Source: a bacterium
Lineage (GTDB): Bacteria > SAR324 > NAC60-12
Length of the DNA stretch: 64,000 bases
NCBI GenBank assembly: GCA_965205865.1
Contig: CBDBHR010000029.1
Span: 704,001-768,000 of the forward strand
Reading direction: 5' to 3'
Shown here: positions 21,560 through 31,332 of the stretch, piece by piece
Layout of the letters: each line of letters starts with the position of its first letter
Position numbering within the stretch: position 1 is the first letter of the stretch
The notes under the pieces: generated by a model
Told to the model about the DNA's origin: nothing
Seen by the model: only the letters and a program-made list of their open reading frames with translations
Databases searched by the model: none
Made by a program: the position numbers and the translations under genes

Positions 21560-22248
21560 GTCACCGTAAAGAACTGACTTATAGTGGTTTCCAGCCACCT
21601 TTCGTCATTCCTCCGGTACAGATCCGGACGTGCGCTGCTAACGCATCCGGCTCCTGCTTCGAGTCAGACGCTCAAACGTTGCCGTTTGGCGCACCCTGCT
21701 TAAACCGCTCTCTGATTTTACGGCCTCTGAGTTCCGAACACAGGAGGGCAAGCAGAATTCCTCTCAGCCAAGTCCCTTTGCTCCACAGGCTCCGTTGATT
21801 TCCTTTGCATTGTTACTCTCTGCAAATGATCTCATTGTTCGCCGCTTCATCGCTACTACGAACTTGTCCGACTTCCTGAAGACGTAGATATCGGGGTTAT
21901 TTATTAATTTTCCCGATCCGACTACCAATAGAATGTTGACAGTCGTCTTCAGGATCTCCCAGGTTCCGATCAAGAAACTTCCACACATGCACCGGGTCTT
22001 TGACTCCGCCAGGCTGCCGAGACTCACGCTAACGCCTTCGGTTGATATTGCCTTCCCCACCAGACCACAAGGTCAGCGCCTGAAACTATGATTTCGGAGC
22101 TCAATACCGAGCCTATGTTCTCCCCTGTCAACGCTTAGCGCCTATCCTTGCGAATAACCACTCATGACTCGGGGACTCGGCGGGTCGTTACTGCCTTACC
22201 GAGTAAGAGACTTTCACTCTCTATTTCTTGCCAGCTTTCCTGGCGCAC
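21560..22248 (-). mobile_element. Group II intron copy B (class E-like), ORF-less, 689 nt
   Basis: GTGCG...GTGAC termini; same deletion junction (CAAACGTTG|CCGTTTGGCGC) as copy A. Confidence 0.92.
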
Positions 22249-22426
22249 AGCCTGACCCCCTTTTTTCCGCTCCAGCGGCTCAGATTCAGCATACTCACAC
22301 GGCCCCGACAACACATCATCACGGTAGTGATCATAGAAAGCTGCTTGATCAATGAACTTGAGATTATTGGCTGAAGACAACATAAATAGGGGAGCAGTTC
22401 GAACATAAAAATCGTTGATTCAAAGG

Positions 22427-22852
22427 ATGGCAAACATGCAAAAAACCACTAAAAACAAGAAAACGCTTTCAAAGCAACTTAGAGAAGAGGTGACTCAACT
22501 CATTAAAAAATTTAATCATGAAGAAATTAATTCATCACAATGCTATTATGTCCCTCGTTACCGGGGACCATTTGTATACTTAGATCGATTTGCTTACGGG
22601 CAACAAGAACCCGTAGCTCGCATCAAATATACTGGAAATTGGGACGATTGGGAATTTGCGATATTTAAATGGAGCAGCGAAACGTATGATACTGAGGAGT
22701 TCTTCTTTCCAGGGGCTGAATGCCTGGATGGATCTATCAAAGGGGCTTTGAAAGCAGGAATGCGGGCTTATCCTATCACGGACAAGAGCAATCCAGAAGG
22801 TCTCTTTGCTGAACTGGGACAGTTTCTCAATAGCTTATTACCCAAACGATAG
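22427..22852 (+). CDS. Hypothetical protein
   Basis: Protein-like ORF (ARIKYTG..WEFAIFKWSSETY); function not recognised; start uncertain. Confidence 0.7.
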   Translation: MANMQKTTKNKKTLSKQLREEVTQLIKKFNHEEINSSQCYYVPRYRGPFVYLDRFAYGQQEPVARIKYTGNWDDWEFAIFKWSSETYDTEEFFFPGAECLDGSIKGALKAGMRAYPITDKSNPEGLFAELGQFLNSLLPKR

Positions 22853-22885
22853 CGAAGAGAACTACCAAAAGTGGCGAAGGTATTT

Positions 22886-23092
22886 TATTAGAATACGTGT
22901 TGTAATAACATTTTCATCAATATGTTGGATTACCAGGTGAATACAAAAGCCCACACCAGGCTGGTCGAATAATCGGGACACCACCCCATTGATGTGGATG
23001 CTGTCGCAATTGCCCAGTTTACCGACAAGGACGTCTTCCAAGAATATCTGTATATTTGGTGGCAATTAAGCAACGCTTGGATTTAGATTTTG
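22886..23092. repeat. ~205-bp dispersed repeat (probable IS remnant); direct copy at 59148-59355
   Basis: TATTAGAATACGTGTTG...GGATTTAGATTTTG near-identical at both loci. Confidence 0.8.
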
Positions 23093-23313
23093 ATGCGCAG
23101 GAAGTCAATACGGTCTGAAGAATACTCTACTGAAGATGAGGAGAAAAGAAAATGAATATAATAACACCCAGAATCGTTTTGAACGAACTTTGCCAATTAA
23201 AGTTGGCTTGTAAACCCGATGATCGTGAAGCCCCCAATATCATAAACAACGCGCGTCTGCGCGGGGATGGAACGATTGAATCCAAGTTTAGTAATGATCA
23301 GGAGATTGATTCC

Positions 23314-23859
23314 ATGATTCGTCTCACCAAAATTGTTCTTACAATGATTTGCCTTTTATCTTTTGCTCAGCCCTGTAATTCTCAAAGCTTGCAAGTTGTC
23401 GAGTCAACTTTCTGCATCGAGTTGGATGGTCCAGCCTGTATACGTCCTGTTGTTTCGGATTCGACCGAGGTTTCTCTATCAAATCTATATCAAGGCAAGA
23501 TTTATTTTTGGAGCTCGATTCAAACAAATATTAATAGGGATATTATGCATGTCTGGTCTGCTTCTAACCGCACTGATAAGTGGGCTGAACCTGTTCATGT
23601 ATCCTGGTCCGATCACGCCTGGAATTTAACGAACGAAATCATTGGGGTCGCAGAAAATTTTTTAAAGATTATTTACAACAGAGGGGAAACCCAGTTGCAC
23701 AGTGTTCAGGGTATAATTTTGGGTGTGAACAAGTCCCCGCGCTTCCGAACATATAGCAGTATCCAAGCAGCCCCAGGAACCTACAGCGTAGAAGTTCGAA
23801 ATATGAACAACCAAGTTGTGCAGGGTGGAGAGCCAAAAACTTTAACAATCAGTCACTAG
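23314..23859 (+). CDS. Putative exported hypothetical protein
   Basis: SD AGGAG before MIRLTK; signal-peptide-like N-terminus. Confidence 0.65.
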   Translation: MIRLTKIVLTMICLLSFAQPCNSQSLQVVESTFCIELDGPACIRPVVSDSTEVSLSNLYQGKIYFWSSIQTNINRDIMHVWSASNRTDKWAEPVHVSWSDHAWNLTNEIIGVAENFLKIIYNRGETQLHSVQGIILGVNKSPRFRTYSSIQAAPGTYSVEVRNMNNQVVQGGEPKTLTISH

Positions 23860-23948
23860 GTCGAAAACAGATTGGCGGTTGGATAGATGTCGGTGGAGAT
23901 CGCCACGATACTCGATACGAAGTGTTTATTGAAGAAAATTTGGTCCCA

Positions 23949-24022
23949 ATTAGGGATAGGGAGGGGTTTTTCTCCCCTCCCTCCCACACCACCTCGCATA
24001 TGGGTCCGTACCGGGCGATTCC
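23949..24022 (-). other. Degenerate group II intron 3' end (domains V-VI, class C-like)
   Basis: AATCGCCCGGTACGGACCCATATGCGAGGTGGTGTGGGAGG...CCCTCCCTATCCCTAAT resembles the IIC DV/DVI pattern. Confidence 0.6.
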
Positions 24023-24188
24023 CAAAGAGTGTCGGGTCGTAGCCGGACCAGATTTGCAACCACAAATCTGTACGTATATTCGTCCCACAGCGCACCTATT
24101 TTAATCATCTCCACCGGTCGGCTTCATCAATGTAGAGCCTATGGGATAGAGCGTTCTCTTGGGTTCGGGCCTCCACTCTCCAGGAGCT

Positions 24189-25062
24189 GTCGGGTCGGAG
24201 GAGGCGCGTTTCCGCTAGCCTCCGTCCGCCGCCCAAACCGGACATGCAGTTTTCCCGCATCCGGCTTTCACAGAGAAGTCCGTTTGCCGAAGGGACCAAT
24301 CGAAGGAATTAGTGAGATCAGATTTACTAATTTTCATCTTGTAAATCTTGTCCACTAAGGAGTGAACCTTCTTTGCTCCCGTTAGATTGATCCAGTCAGC
24401 CAGTCTCCTCGGGCCATGAGTTCTGGGTCTTTCACTTACCGAACTTTCCACCTCACTGTCCTTACTCATCTGACTTCCTTTCTCATTCCAACCTTCTCTG
24501 CCCATCGCCTTCCCCAGCTCACTCTGCTGCCGATCCCTCGGTCACGTAGCTCTCACTACGCTTCAGGTACTATTCGATGGTCCGACTACTCAACACGCTT
24601 CGGTTCCCATTTCGCTTTCGCTTATAGGGTCCCTTATCCTAGTGCCACCTAAGAACGCCCTGAGTCCTCCTGGGGTCACTCATGATTCTTCCTCACCGTG
24701 TCGTCCGCACACACCTTGGTATTGCAGGGGGGAATCCAACTGCTTTCGCCATCATAGTGCAAGCTCAACCATTCCCTGCTGTTGGCCGACCGGTTCGTCT
24801 CTGGAGTAGCCTCCTTGACTACGACCCGGTGATTCTCCGCAAACCCTTCAGATTCCACCTCACGGTGGACACCCTGTCCTCCGGAAGTTCACTTCGGTGC
24901 ATTTGGCCCTTTCGACCTCCCATTGTGCTTAAAGCGCCCGGGATGGCGCCCTGGTAAACATTCCGGCCAGCGAGGCATTACCCCCGCTTTTGGATATCAG
25001 CCTGGGATCTCAGGCTGAGTGGGACTTGAACCCACCTGAATCATGCGCTGCACAGTGCGCAC
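24189..25062 (-). mobile_element. Second group II intron type (class F-like), RT gene deleted, nested in intron C
   Basis: 5' GTGCG at 25062; DV GAAAGCCGGATGCGGGAAAACTGCATGTCCGGTTT; ends CCTCCGACCCGAC; IEP N-terminal stub KVHSLVDKIY. Confidence 0.8.
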
Positions 25063-25456
25063 TACGAACTTGTCCGAATTCCTGAAGACGTAGATATCGG
25101 GGTTATTTATTAATTTTCCCGATCCGACTACCAATGGAATGCTGACAGTCGTCTTCAGGATCTCCCAGGTTCCGGTCAAGAAACTTCCACACATGCACCG
25201 GATCTTCGACTCCGCCAGGCTCGACCGGGACTCACGCTAACGCCTTCGGTTGATGTTGCCTTCCCCACCAGACTACAAGGTCAGCACCTGAAACTATGAT
25301 TTCGGAGCTCAATACCGAGCCTATGTTCTCCCCTGTCAACGCTTAGCGCCTATCCTTACGGATAACCACCCATGACTCGGGGCCTCGGCGGGTCGTTACT
25401 GCCTTACCGAGTAAGAGACTTTCACTCTCTATTTCTTGCCAGCTTTCCTGGCGCAC
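25063..25456 (-). mobile_element. Group II intron copy C (class E-like), 5' portion only
   Basis: Matches the 5' ~394 nt of copies A/B/D; 5' exon GGGGTCAGGCT at 25457-25467. Confidence 0.88.
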
Positions 25457-25850
25457 AGCCTGACCCCCTTTTTGCAATAATCATCTAAAAAATCCGATTC
25501 TTGAAAAGAATCGCTCAATTTAGGTTATAATATCTCAAATTTCTATTTTATTATGGAACATCTACGATCTCCAGAGCATCTGGAAAACAAGAATTCAATT
25601 CCTCATGAAGTTTTTTACGAGCAACTTTTATGCAATCAAGAGATTCTAAAATGTCTTCAGGTTCTAATAAAACATCTGACGAACCTTGAGTCGAATGTCG
25701 GGCGTCTAAATTTTCCGGTTGATAATGAATTCAAAAGAAATACGGACTACATTGCTCTCAGGTTCCTTTGAAATGCTGTAAAATTTCAAAATAGTTTTTG
25801 TTTTCATTTCTTATTCGCTAGTGTCTATTTTATTTTTTGGCTTAGCTTCA

Positions 25851-26738
25851 GAACCTGTTTGAAAGTCATTTAATTCTCTTTAACATCAAGCAAATCATAG
25901 CGACATAGATCATGTTTTCAGAGTTTTTTGTTTTTCTTTCATAATCGATGTTGAGTCTTCGATACCATCCAAACCAGGAAAAGGTTCTTTCGACGATCCA
26001 CCTTTTCGGTAGGACCTGAAAGCCCGTTCCTTGGAGGTTTAGAGTGATCTCAAGTTCACATTGAAATCGATTCCATAACCATTGGGCTAATTCCCCTCGA
26101 TAACCTCCGTCGGCCCAAATCATCTGAATCGAAAAGAACCAGCTAAACATCGATTCCAAAAGATCGTAAGCACTTTTGGAATCGGAGGCATTGGCATCAG
26201 TGACTTTAACCATGAGAGGAATTCCCGAGATATCGACAGCTACATGCCTTTTATGCCCTTTGATTCGTTTATTTCCATCAAAACCTCGACTATCAGCCAG
26301 TTCCGTGGTTTTGACGGATTGACTATCAATCATTGCAGCACTGGGTTCGGGAGCTCTGCCCATTTCTATTCGGGTTTGCCGATGGAGAAACTGGTGAATC
26401 AGGAACCAAGTGTAGTTCTTGCGCCATTTATTGTAGTGGTAATAAACACTTTGCCAAGGAGGAAAATCTTTGGGAAGCATTCTCCATTGACAACCCGTGG
26501 TCACTACATACAAAATGGCGTTTATGATAACTCGTAGTTCCCATTTACGAAGGTGGGCTCCACGAGTTGAAAGTTCGGGAAGGTACTCTTGAAGTCTTTC
26601 CCATTGTTTATCACTGACATCACTGTTATAACCTGAACGTTCCATGTTCACTCCTTGTTATTAAGGTTTCATTTTTCTCAAAATGAATGTGACATGGAAC
26701 ACTTCCAATAGGAAGCTCAACTTATTTCAAACAGGTTC
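25851..26738 (-). mobile_element. IS5-family element (IS1031-like)
   Basis: TIR GAACCTGTTTGAAA, 3-bp TCA duplication; interrupts the 3' end of ORF 26717-27208. Confidence 0.88.
25866..26651 (-). CDS. IS5-family DDE transposase
   Basis: TGCQWRMLPKDFPPWQSVY, IDSQSVKT, WADGGY, RWIVERTFSW. Confidence 0.95.
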   Translation of the reverse strand: MNMERSGYNSDVSDKQWERLQEYLPELSTRGAHLRKWELRVIINAILYVVTTGCQWRMLPKDFPPWQSVYYHYNKWRKNYTWFLIHQFLHRQTRIEMGRAPEPSAAMIDSQSVKTTELADSRGFDGNKRIKGHKRHVAVDISGIPLMVKVTDANASDSKSAYDLLESMFSWFFSIQMIWADGGYRGELAQWLWNRFQCELEITLNLQGTGFQVLPKRWIVERTFSWFGWYRRLNIDYERKTKNSENMIYVAMICLMLKRIK

Positions 26739-27208
26739 TCAAGTTCTATAGGCTTTTTGCAATAAGGAATTTCTGTGATTCTGCAATTATCGGGGCAATA
26801 ATTCTCATCGTCATTTATATCATCATCACCCCAATTCAATTTGCAATCTGCCGGACAATAATATTTTCCCTTGTAATACCCTCCACTTGTGGGCATGCAA
26901 TATTCTGCCGTCAAATATGATTCCAAGTATTTTTGTAAATCTAAATATGCTTCTTTGTTTAATTCCATTATATTTGAATAATTCTCTAATTCTAATTTAT
27001 ATAATTTTTCCTCATATACCTCTAATTGAGTGGTTTCAAAATTTTTCAAATCTTCCTCGGCATTTGGCCCATATGCTGAAATCATCGCTGAAACAGTCAG
27101 CTTTATAATTTCAGAAATTAAGAATTTTTCTATTTCCTGAGATAAAGCAACAGGACTCGTTGCCAAAATAATTCCTCCAGACAAACAAATTATTATCCAT
27201 TTTTTCAT
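26717..27208 (-). CDS. Exported Cys-containing hypothetical protein, C-terminus altered by IS5
   Basis: Signal peptide; removing the IS restores ...PIELEAKPKNKIDTSE* ending near 25812. Confidence 0.7.
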   Translation of the reverse strand: MKKWIIICLSGGIILATSPVALSQEIEKFLISEIIKLTVSAMISAYGPNAEEDLKNFETTQLEVYEEKLYKLELENYSNIMELNKEAYLDLQKYLESYLTAEYCMPTSGGYYKGKYYCPADCKLNWGDDDINDDENYCPDNCRITEIPYCKKPIELENLFEIS

Positions 27209-27446
27209 TTAATTTCCCTTTCAATTTGATTCCTATTTTTTCGGTATCATACCGGCAATTTTATCCAAATTCTTGTTTATTTCTTGCAATTCCCGATATT
27301 TGGCAATCTCAATTGCCATTGGGAACGCGGTTATGATAATTAACATAATCTGTATATTTAGTTCTCAAATGCACAGAAATTTCGTGAACCATTTTTACTG
27401 CGAATTCATTATCTTTATTTAGGGTCAGGCTTGAAAGTTTGAAACT

Positions 27447-28385
27447 TCAAGCAAGTATTTGACGTTTCAGTTCCTCTAATTGATTTTGGAGACCCTCGGA
27501 TTCCTTCAATCGTTGTCTCAACCGGTGCACTCCAAAGCTAATCGTAGAATCGTCTCGATTGCAAACTTTTCCGACCTCCCGAATCGTTGCGGACTTCCAA
27601 TCGAAAGCTAACATGCCAATCATCGCACGGGCTTCACTCAACTTTCGTGACTGCACGGCACTTCTTAATTCCTTCTCCTCCAGTTGATAAACTTGAGCCA
27701 CTTGATGAATGATCCGTTCTAAAAGAGGAGGAGAACAAGGGATGTTTTCGAGCTTCTTCAAAACCGAGGTCACAAAATGATCTTCTCCAATGATCTCTGA
27801 ATGGGCAGAGCCTTTTTGAAAATTGACCGGCGAAGCAATGTTTCTCCCACTCCGGATATAATCCTCATAAAGTTTTCTGGCCTCTCCCCGTTTTGGGGAA
27901 AAGTGAGACAATCCCCAATCCGTATGCAACCATTCCAGCCGCCGCTTTCCCAAGTAAGCCAAATGGCTGCACCATGGGAAATCAACCAACTCTTTGGCCA
28001 CACCCGCTCGAATCGGATTGAGATGAATATAACGAATCAAGGCTAACAAATAGTTTTCTTGATCAACTAACAAGGCTTTATAACGTCCCTGAAATAAGTG
28101 GCCCATGCGTTTTTGCCGTTGATTGATCCAACGCGTGTAGCGAAATGAGATATTTTGCATGATCGGAGCAAGAGGGATCGCTCCCACTTCAATGGCTAAA
28201 TGGACATGATTGCTCATTAAACAAAAAGCGTTAATCCGATGATCAAAGCGTTGGTAACCTTCTTGGAGTAAGTGATAAAATTGTCGATAGTCGGGGGAAC
28301 TGAAAAAAATGGGTTGCCCTCCATTGCCACGAAGCATCACATGATAAAGCGCACCAGGATAGTAAAGGCGTGGTTTACGGGCCAT
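27447..28385 (-). CDS. Y1 HUH transposase (RAYT-like), copy 3
   Basis: Near-identical to copy 1. Confidence 0.92.
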   Translation of the reverse strand: MARKPRLYYPGALYHVMLRGNGGQPIFFSSPDYRQFYHLLQEGYQRFDHRINAFCLMSNHVHLAIEVGAIPLAPIMQNISFRYTRWINQRQKRMGHLFQGRYKALLVDQENYLLALIRYIHLNPIRAGVAKELVDFPWCSHLAYLGKRRLEWLHTDWGLSHFSPKRGEARKLYEDYIRSGRNIASPVNFQKGSAHSEIIGEDHFVTSVLKKLENIPCSPPLLERIIHQVAQVYQLEEKELRSAVQSRKLSEARAMIGMLAFDWKSATIREVGKVCNRDDSTISFGVHRLRQRLKESEGLQNQLEELKRQILA

Positions 28386-28457
28386 CTTTAGAAACAAGCG
28401 AGAAGGAAAGTAAAATCGATTTAAAGAAAAAAATAACACTACTTTTCCAAACTTTCA

Positions 28458-30414
28458 GTCACCGTAAAGAACTGACTTATAGTGGTTTCCAGCCACCTTT
28501 CGTCATTCCTCCGGTACAAATCCGGACGTGCGCTGCTAACGCATCCGGCTCCTGCTTCGAGTCAGACGCTCAAACGTTGATTCGGATACGGGTGGGTTGT
28601 CCTTACAGAAGGAATGTGTAGTTTGACCAGTACTTTGAAGCGTTCCCAGTTCATCCTCTTTGCTTTGTGACTCCTCCGTCTTAGTGATTTGAACCACGTC
28701 CGATGGATTTCCCTGCGAAAAGCATTCAAGGAACTCCGGTTGCCGGGGACTCCATAGTAGTTGTACAGACCGTTTAAAACAGACCTGAGCCATTTTCCTT
28801 GTTCATGCGCATTTTCATGACGTTTGCGTTTCGCTTCAAGTTTGATCTCTTTGAGCTTCTTTCGCAACCTTTTGGAAATGGTGAGACGGGTGAGCTTGAA
28901 TTTTCCATCCTTTATCCGAGTGTCACAGACATGAGTGAATCCTGAAAAGTCGAAACTTTCCGGTTTTCCCAGACCTTGTTTTTCCCGGTTATCGGCGGCA
29001 AATCGCCCGAACTCGATGAGGCGTGTTTTCTCTTCATGTAAAGTCAGTCCAAATTGAGAGAGGCGTTCTCTTAGTTGGCGATTAAATTTCTGGCCATCTT
29101 CAGAATATTGAAAACCCACGACAAAATCATCCGCATAGCGAATGATGTAAACTTCCCCCCGAGCTTCCCGCCTTCTCCATTGATTAACCCATAGATCTAA
29201 AACATAGTGCAGGTAGATATTTGAATAGATTGGAGACACTACCGAACCTTGTGGTGTTCCGACCACCGTTTCAGACCACTTCCCCTCTTCGATGACTCCG
29301 GCGCGCAACGTTTTCTCTGCTAAACGCAGAATCCTTTTGTCGGAGATTCGATGCTCGATAAATTTCAGCATCCAATCATGCTGAATTGTGTCGAAAAATC
29401 CTTGAATATCCGCATCTAAGATGTAGCTCACTTTCCGTTGGGTAATGGCCACATACAAAGCGTCTAAGGCTTGATGTTGGCTTCGTCCGGGTCGGAACCC
29501 GTAACTAAACCCAAGGAAATCCTCCTCATAGATCGATTCCAACGTCCAAACAAGGGCTTGTTGTACGATCTTGTCTTCAAGTGCGGCTATTCCGATTGGC
29601 CTTTGACGGCCATCCGGTTTAGGAACCCACACTCGCAGAGAAGGGTGAGGACGATAACGTTCTTGGTGGATCCTCCCGTGCAGATCGTTAATCCGCTCCA
29701 GGAGATTTATGCCATACTCATTCCAGGTCTCCTCGTCCACTCCCGCCGCTGAGTTGCGATTGAGATCAAAGTAAGCTCTCCGCAGTAAGTCAGGGTTGAT
29801 GTGATGAAAGAGATTGTTGAATTGAAGATGGGGGTTCCTCTTCGCCCTTTGGCGCACCCTGCTTAAACCGCTCTCTGATTTTACCGGCCTCTGAGTTCCG
29901 AACACAGGAGGGCAAGCAGAATTCCTCTCAGCCAAGTCCCTTTGCTCCACAGGCTCCGTTGATTTCCTTTGCATTGTTACTCTCTGCAAATGATCTCATT
30001 GTTCGCCGCTTCATCGCTACTACGAACTTGTCCGACTTCCTGAAGACGTAGATATCGGGGTTATTTATTAATTTTCCCGATCCGACTACCAATAGAATGT
30101 TGACAGTCGTCTTCAGGATCTCCCAGGTTCCGATCAAGAAACTTCCACACATGCACCGGGTCTTTGACTCCACCAGGCTCAGCCGAGACTCACGCTAACG
30201 CCTTCGGTTGATATTGCCTTCCCCACCAGACCACAAGGTCAGCGCCTGAAACTATGATTTCGGAGCTCAATACCGAGCCTATGTTCTCCCCTGTCAACGC
30301 TTAGCGCCTATCCTTGCGAATAACCACTCATGACTCGGGGACTCGGCGGGTCGTTACTGCCTTACCGAGTAAGAGACTTTCACTCTCTATTTCTTGCCAG
30401 CTTTCCTGGCGCAC
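28458..30414 (-). mobile_element. Group II intron copy D, full length (class E-like)
   Basis: GTGCG start, DV/DVI, AC end, intact IEP. Confidence 0.95.
28562..29989 (-). CDS. ltrA: Group II intron reverse transcriptase/maturase, no endonuclease domain
   Basis: PKPDGRQRPIGI, FSYGFRPGRS, GTPQG, RYADDF; X/thumb domain ending HPYPNQRL; no HNH domain. Confidence 0.95.
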   Translation of the reverse strand: MQRVTMQRKSTEPVEQRDLAERNSACPPVFGTQRPVKSESGLSRVRQRAKRNPHLQFNNLFHHINPDLLRRAYFDLNRNSAAGVDEETWNEYGINLLERINDLHGRIHQERYRPHPSLRVWVPKPDGRQRPIGIAALEDKIVQQALVWTLESIYEEDFLGFSYGFRPGRSQHQALDALYVAITQRKVSYILDADIQGFFDTIQHDWMLKFIEHRISDKRILRLAEKTLRAGVIEEGKWSETVVGTPQGSVVSPIYSNIYLHYVLDLWVNQWRRREARGEVYIIRYADDFVVGFQYSEDGQKFNRQLRERLSQFGLTLHEEKTRLIEFGRFAADNREKQGLGKPESFDFSGFTHVCDTRIKDGKFKLTRLTISKRLRKKLKEIKLEAKRKRHENAHEQGKWLRSVLNGLYNYYGVPGNRSSLNAFRREIHRTWFKSLRRRSHKAKRMNWERFKVLVKLHIPSVRTTHPYPNQRLSV

Positions 30415-30527
30415 AGCCTGACCCCCTTTATTTTCTTGCCGAAGGATAGAATTTGTAGGATGCTATAGTGGCAGTATTGAAATAAAAGAAGAAAAAGCGG
30501 CTGTTGGTCTTTGCTGGAGGGAAGATG

Positions 30528-30968
30528 TTATTTCTGTTTATTTAATCGAGATGAAACAAGAAAGGCAATTATTATACCTACGATTCCTCCACTTCCAAGT
30601 AGTCCTCCCGATATCTCTGCGCCGTTAATCGCGGCATACACTCCACCTAAAATTGCAAATGTCCCAAGAACAGCAGCAAATATCTGGGCTCTTTTTATCA
30701 AATTCAACTGTTTATCAGCAAGCTGAATATTAGCAGTCAGTGCCAGCTGTTCTTGTTGTTGCCTATGTTCCTGTTCGTTTTCAAAATGCTTAAAAATAAT
30801 GTCTGCGGCGTCTGGAAATATCTGTTTATATTTTTCTAAAACTTCGGGATCGGGAAGTTGAGAAAGTCGAATTTCTTGTTGAACAGAAAGAGTTTGACGT
30901 ATAGGAGGCTTTGGGGAATTTGGTTTACCAGGTAAATTGCGCCTTGTACCTTTCTTATTCGCTGCCAT
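30528..30968 (-). CDS. DUF2335-like membrane protein
   Basis: LPDPEVLEKY..FPDAADII..EQEHR followed by two TM helices. Confidence 0.75.
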   Translation of the reverse strand: MAANKKGTRRNLPGKPNSPKPPIRQTLSVQQEIRLSQLPDPEVLEKYKQIFPDAADIIFKHFENEQEHRQQQEQLALTANIQLADKQLNLIKRAQIFAAVLGTFAILGGVYAAINGAEISGGLLGSGGIVGIIIAFLVSSRLNKQK

Positions 30969-31167
30969 TTTCATGTTCTTTTTCAAATTTTTGGAATGCA
31001 GCCCACAGATCTTGTCTCACCATAACCCAATCGTGCTGAAAACCGTCATTCTGTTCCTGAATAGAAACATCACCGTCTATCTTTATGGGAGAAATTGCAG
31101 AATTCAATGGGTCTATACAAATAATTGAACCAACTCCAGATAATACGTTTTTGATCATTGCTTTCAT
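30955..31167 (-). CDS. Small hypothetical protein coupled to the DUF2335-like gene
   Basis: SD GGAGG; overlaps the downstream start; DWxxVxxDL motif. Confidence 0.65.
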   Translation of the reverse strand: MKAMIKNVLSGVGSIICIDPLNSAISPIKIDGDVSIQEQNDGFQHDWVMVRQDLWAAFQKFEKEHENGSE

Positions 31168-31332
31168 TACGCCTCCCGATTTAACTCTTCCACACTATTC
31201 TGATTTTAAACGAATGTTTATTAACAATTCAAATGTTAAGTAATCTTTTATTTTTTCAAAGCTTAAATTGCAAATTATTTATAAGCTTAAGGATATTTCA
31301 ACTTTGAACTGGTGAAAAAAATCAAACTATCA

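Larger units (their letters stand above)
20523..22259 (-). mobile_element. HUH/RAYT-type element copy 2, upstream repeat interrupted by intron B
   Basis: 1737 bp minus the 689-nt intron gives 1048 bp. Confidence 0.92.
27421..30425 (-). mobile_element. HUH/RAYT-type element copy 3 carrying the full-length intron D
   Basis: 3005 bp minus the 1957-nt intron gives 1048 bp; left end reads AGGGTCAGG. Confidence 0.92.

Noticed and set aside
28562-29989. RT as a retron, DGR or CRISPR-associated RT
   Set aside because: It lies inside a complete group II intron with a maturase domain; no TR/VR pair, msr-msd or cas genes were seen
20523-30425. IStron-type fused intron-transposon
   Set aside because: The transposase lies outside the intron and intron-free copies exist, so these are insertions rather than a fusion
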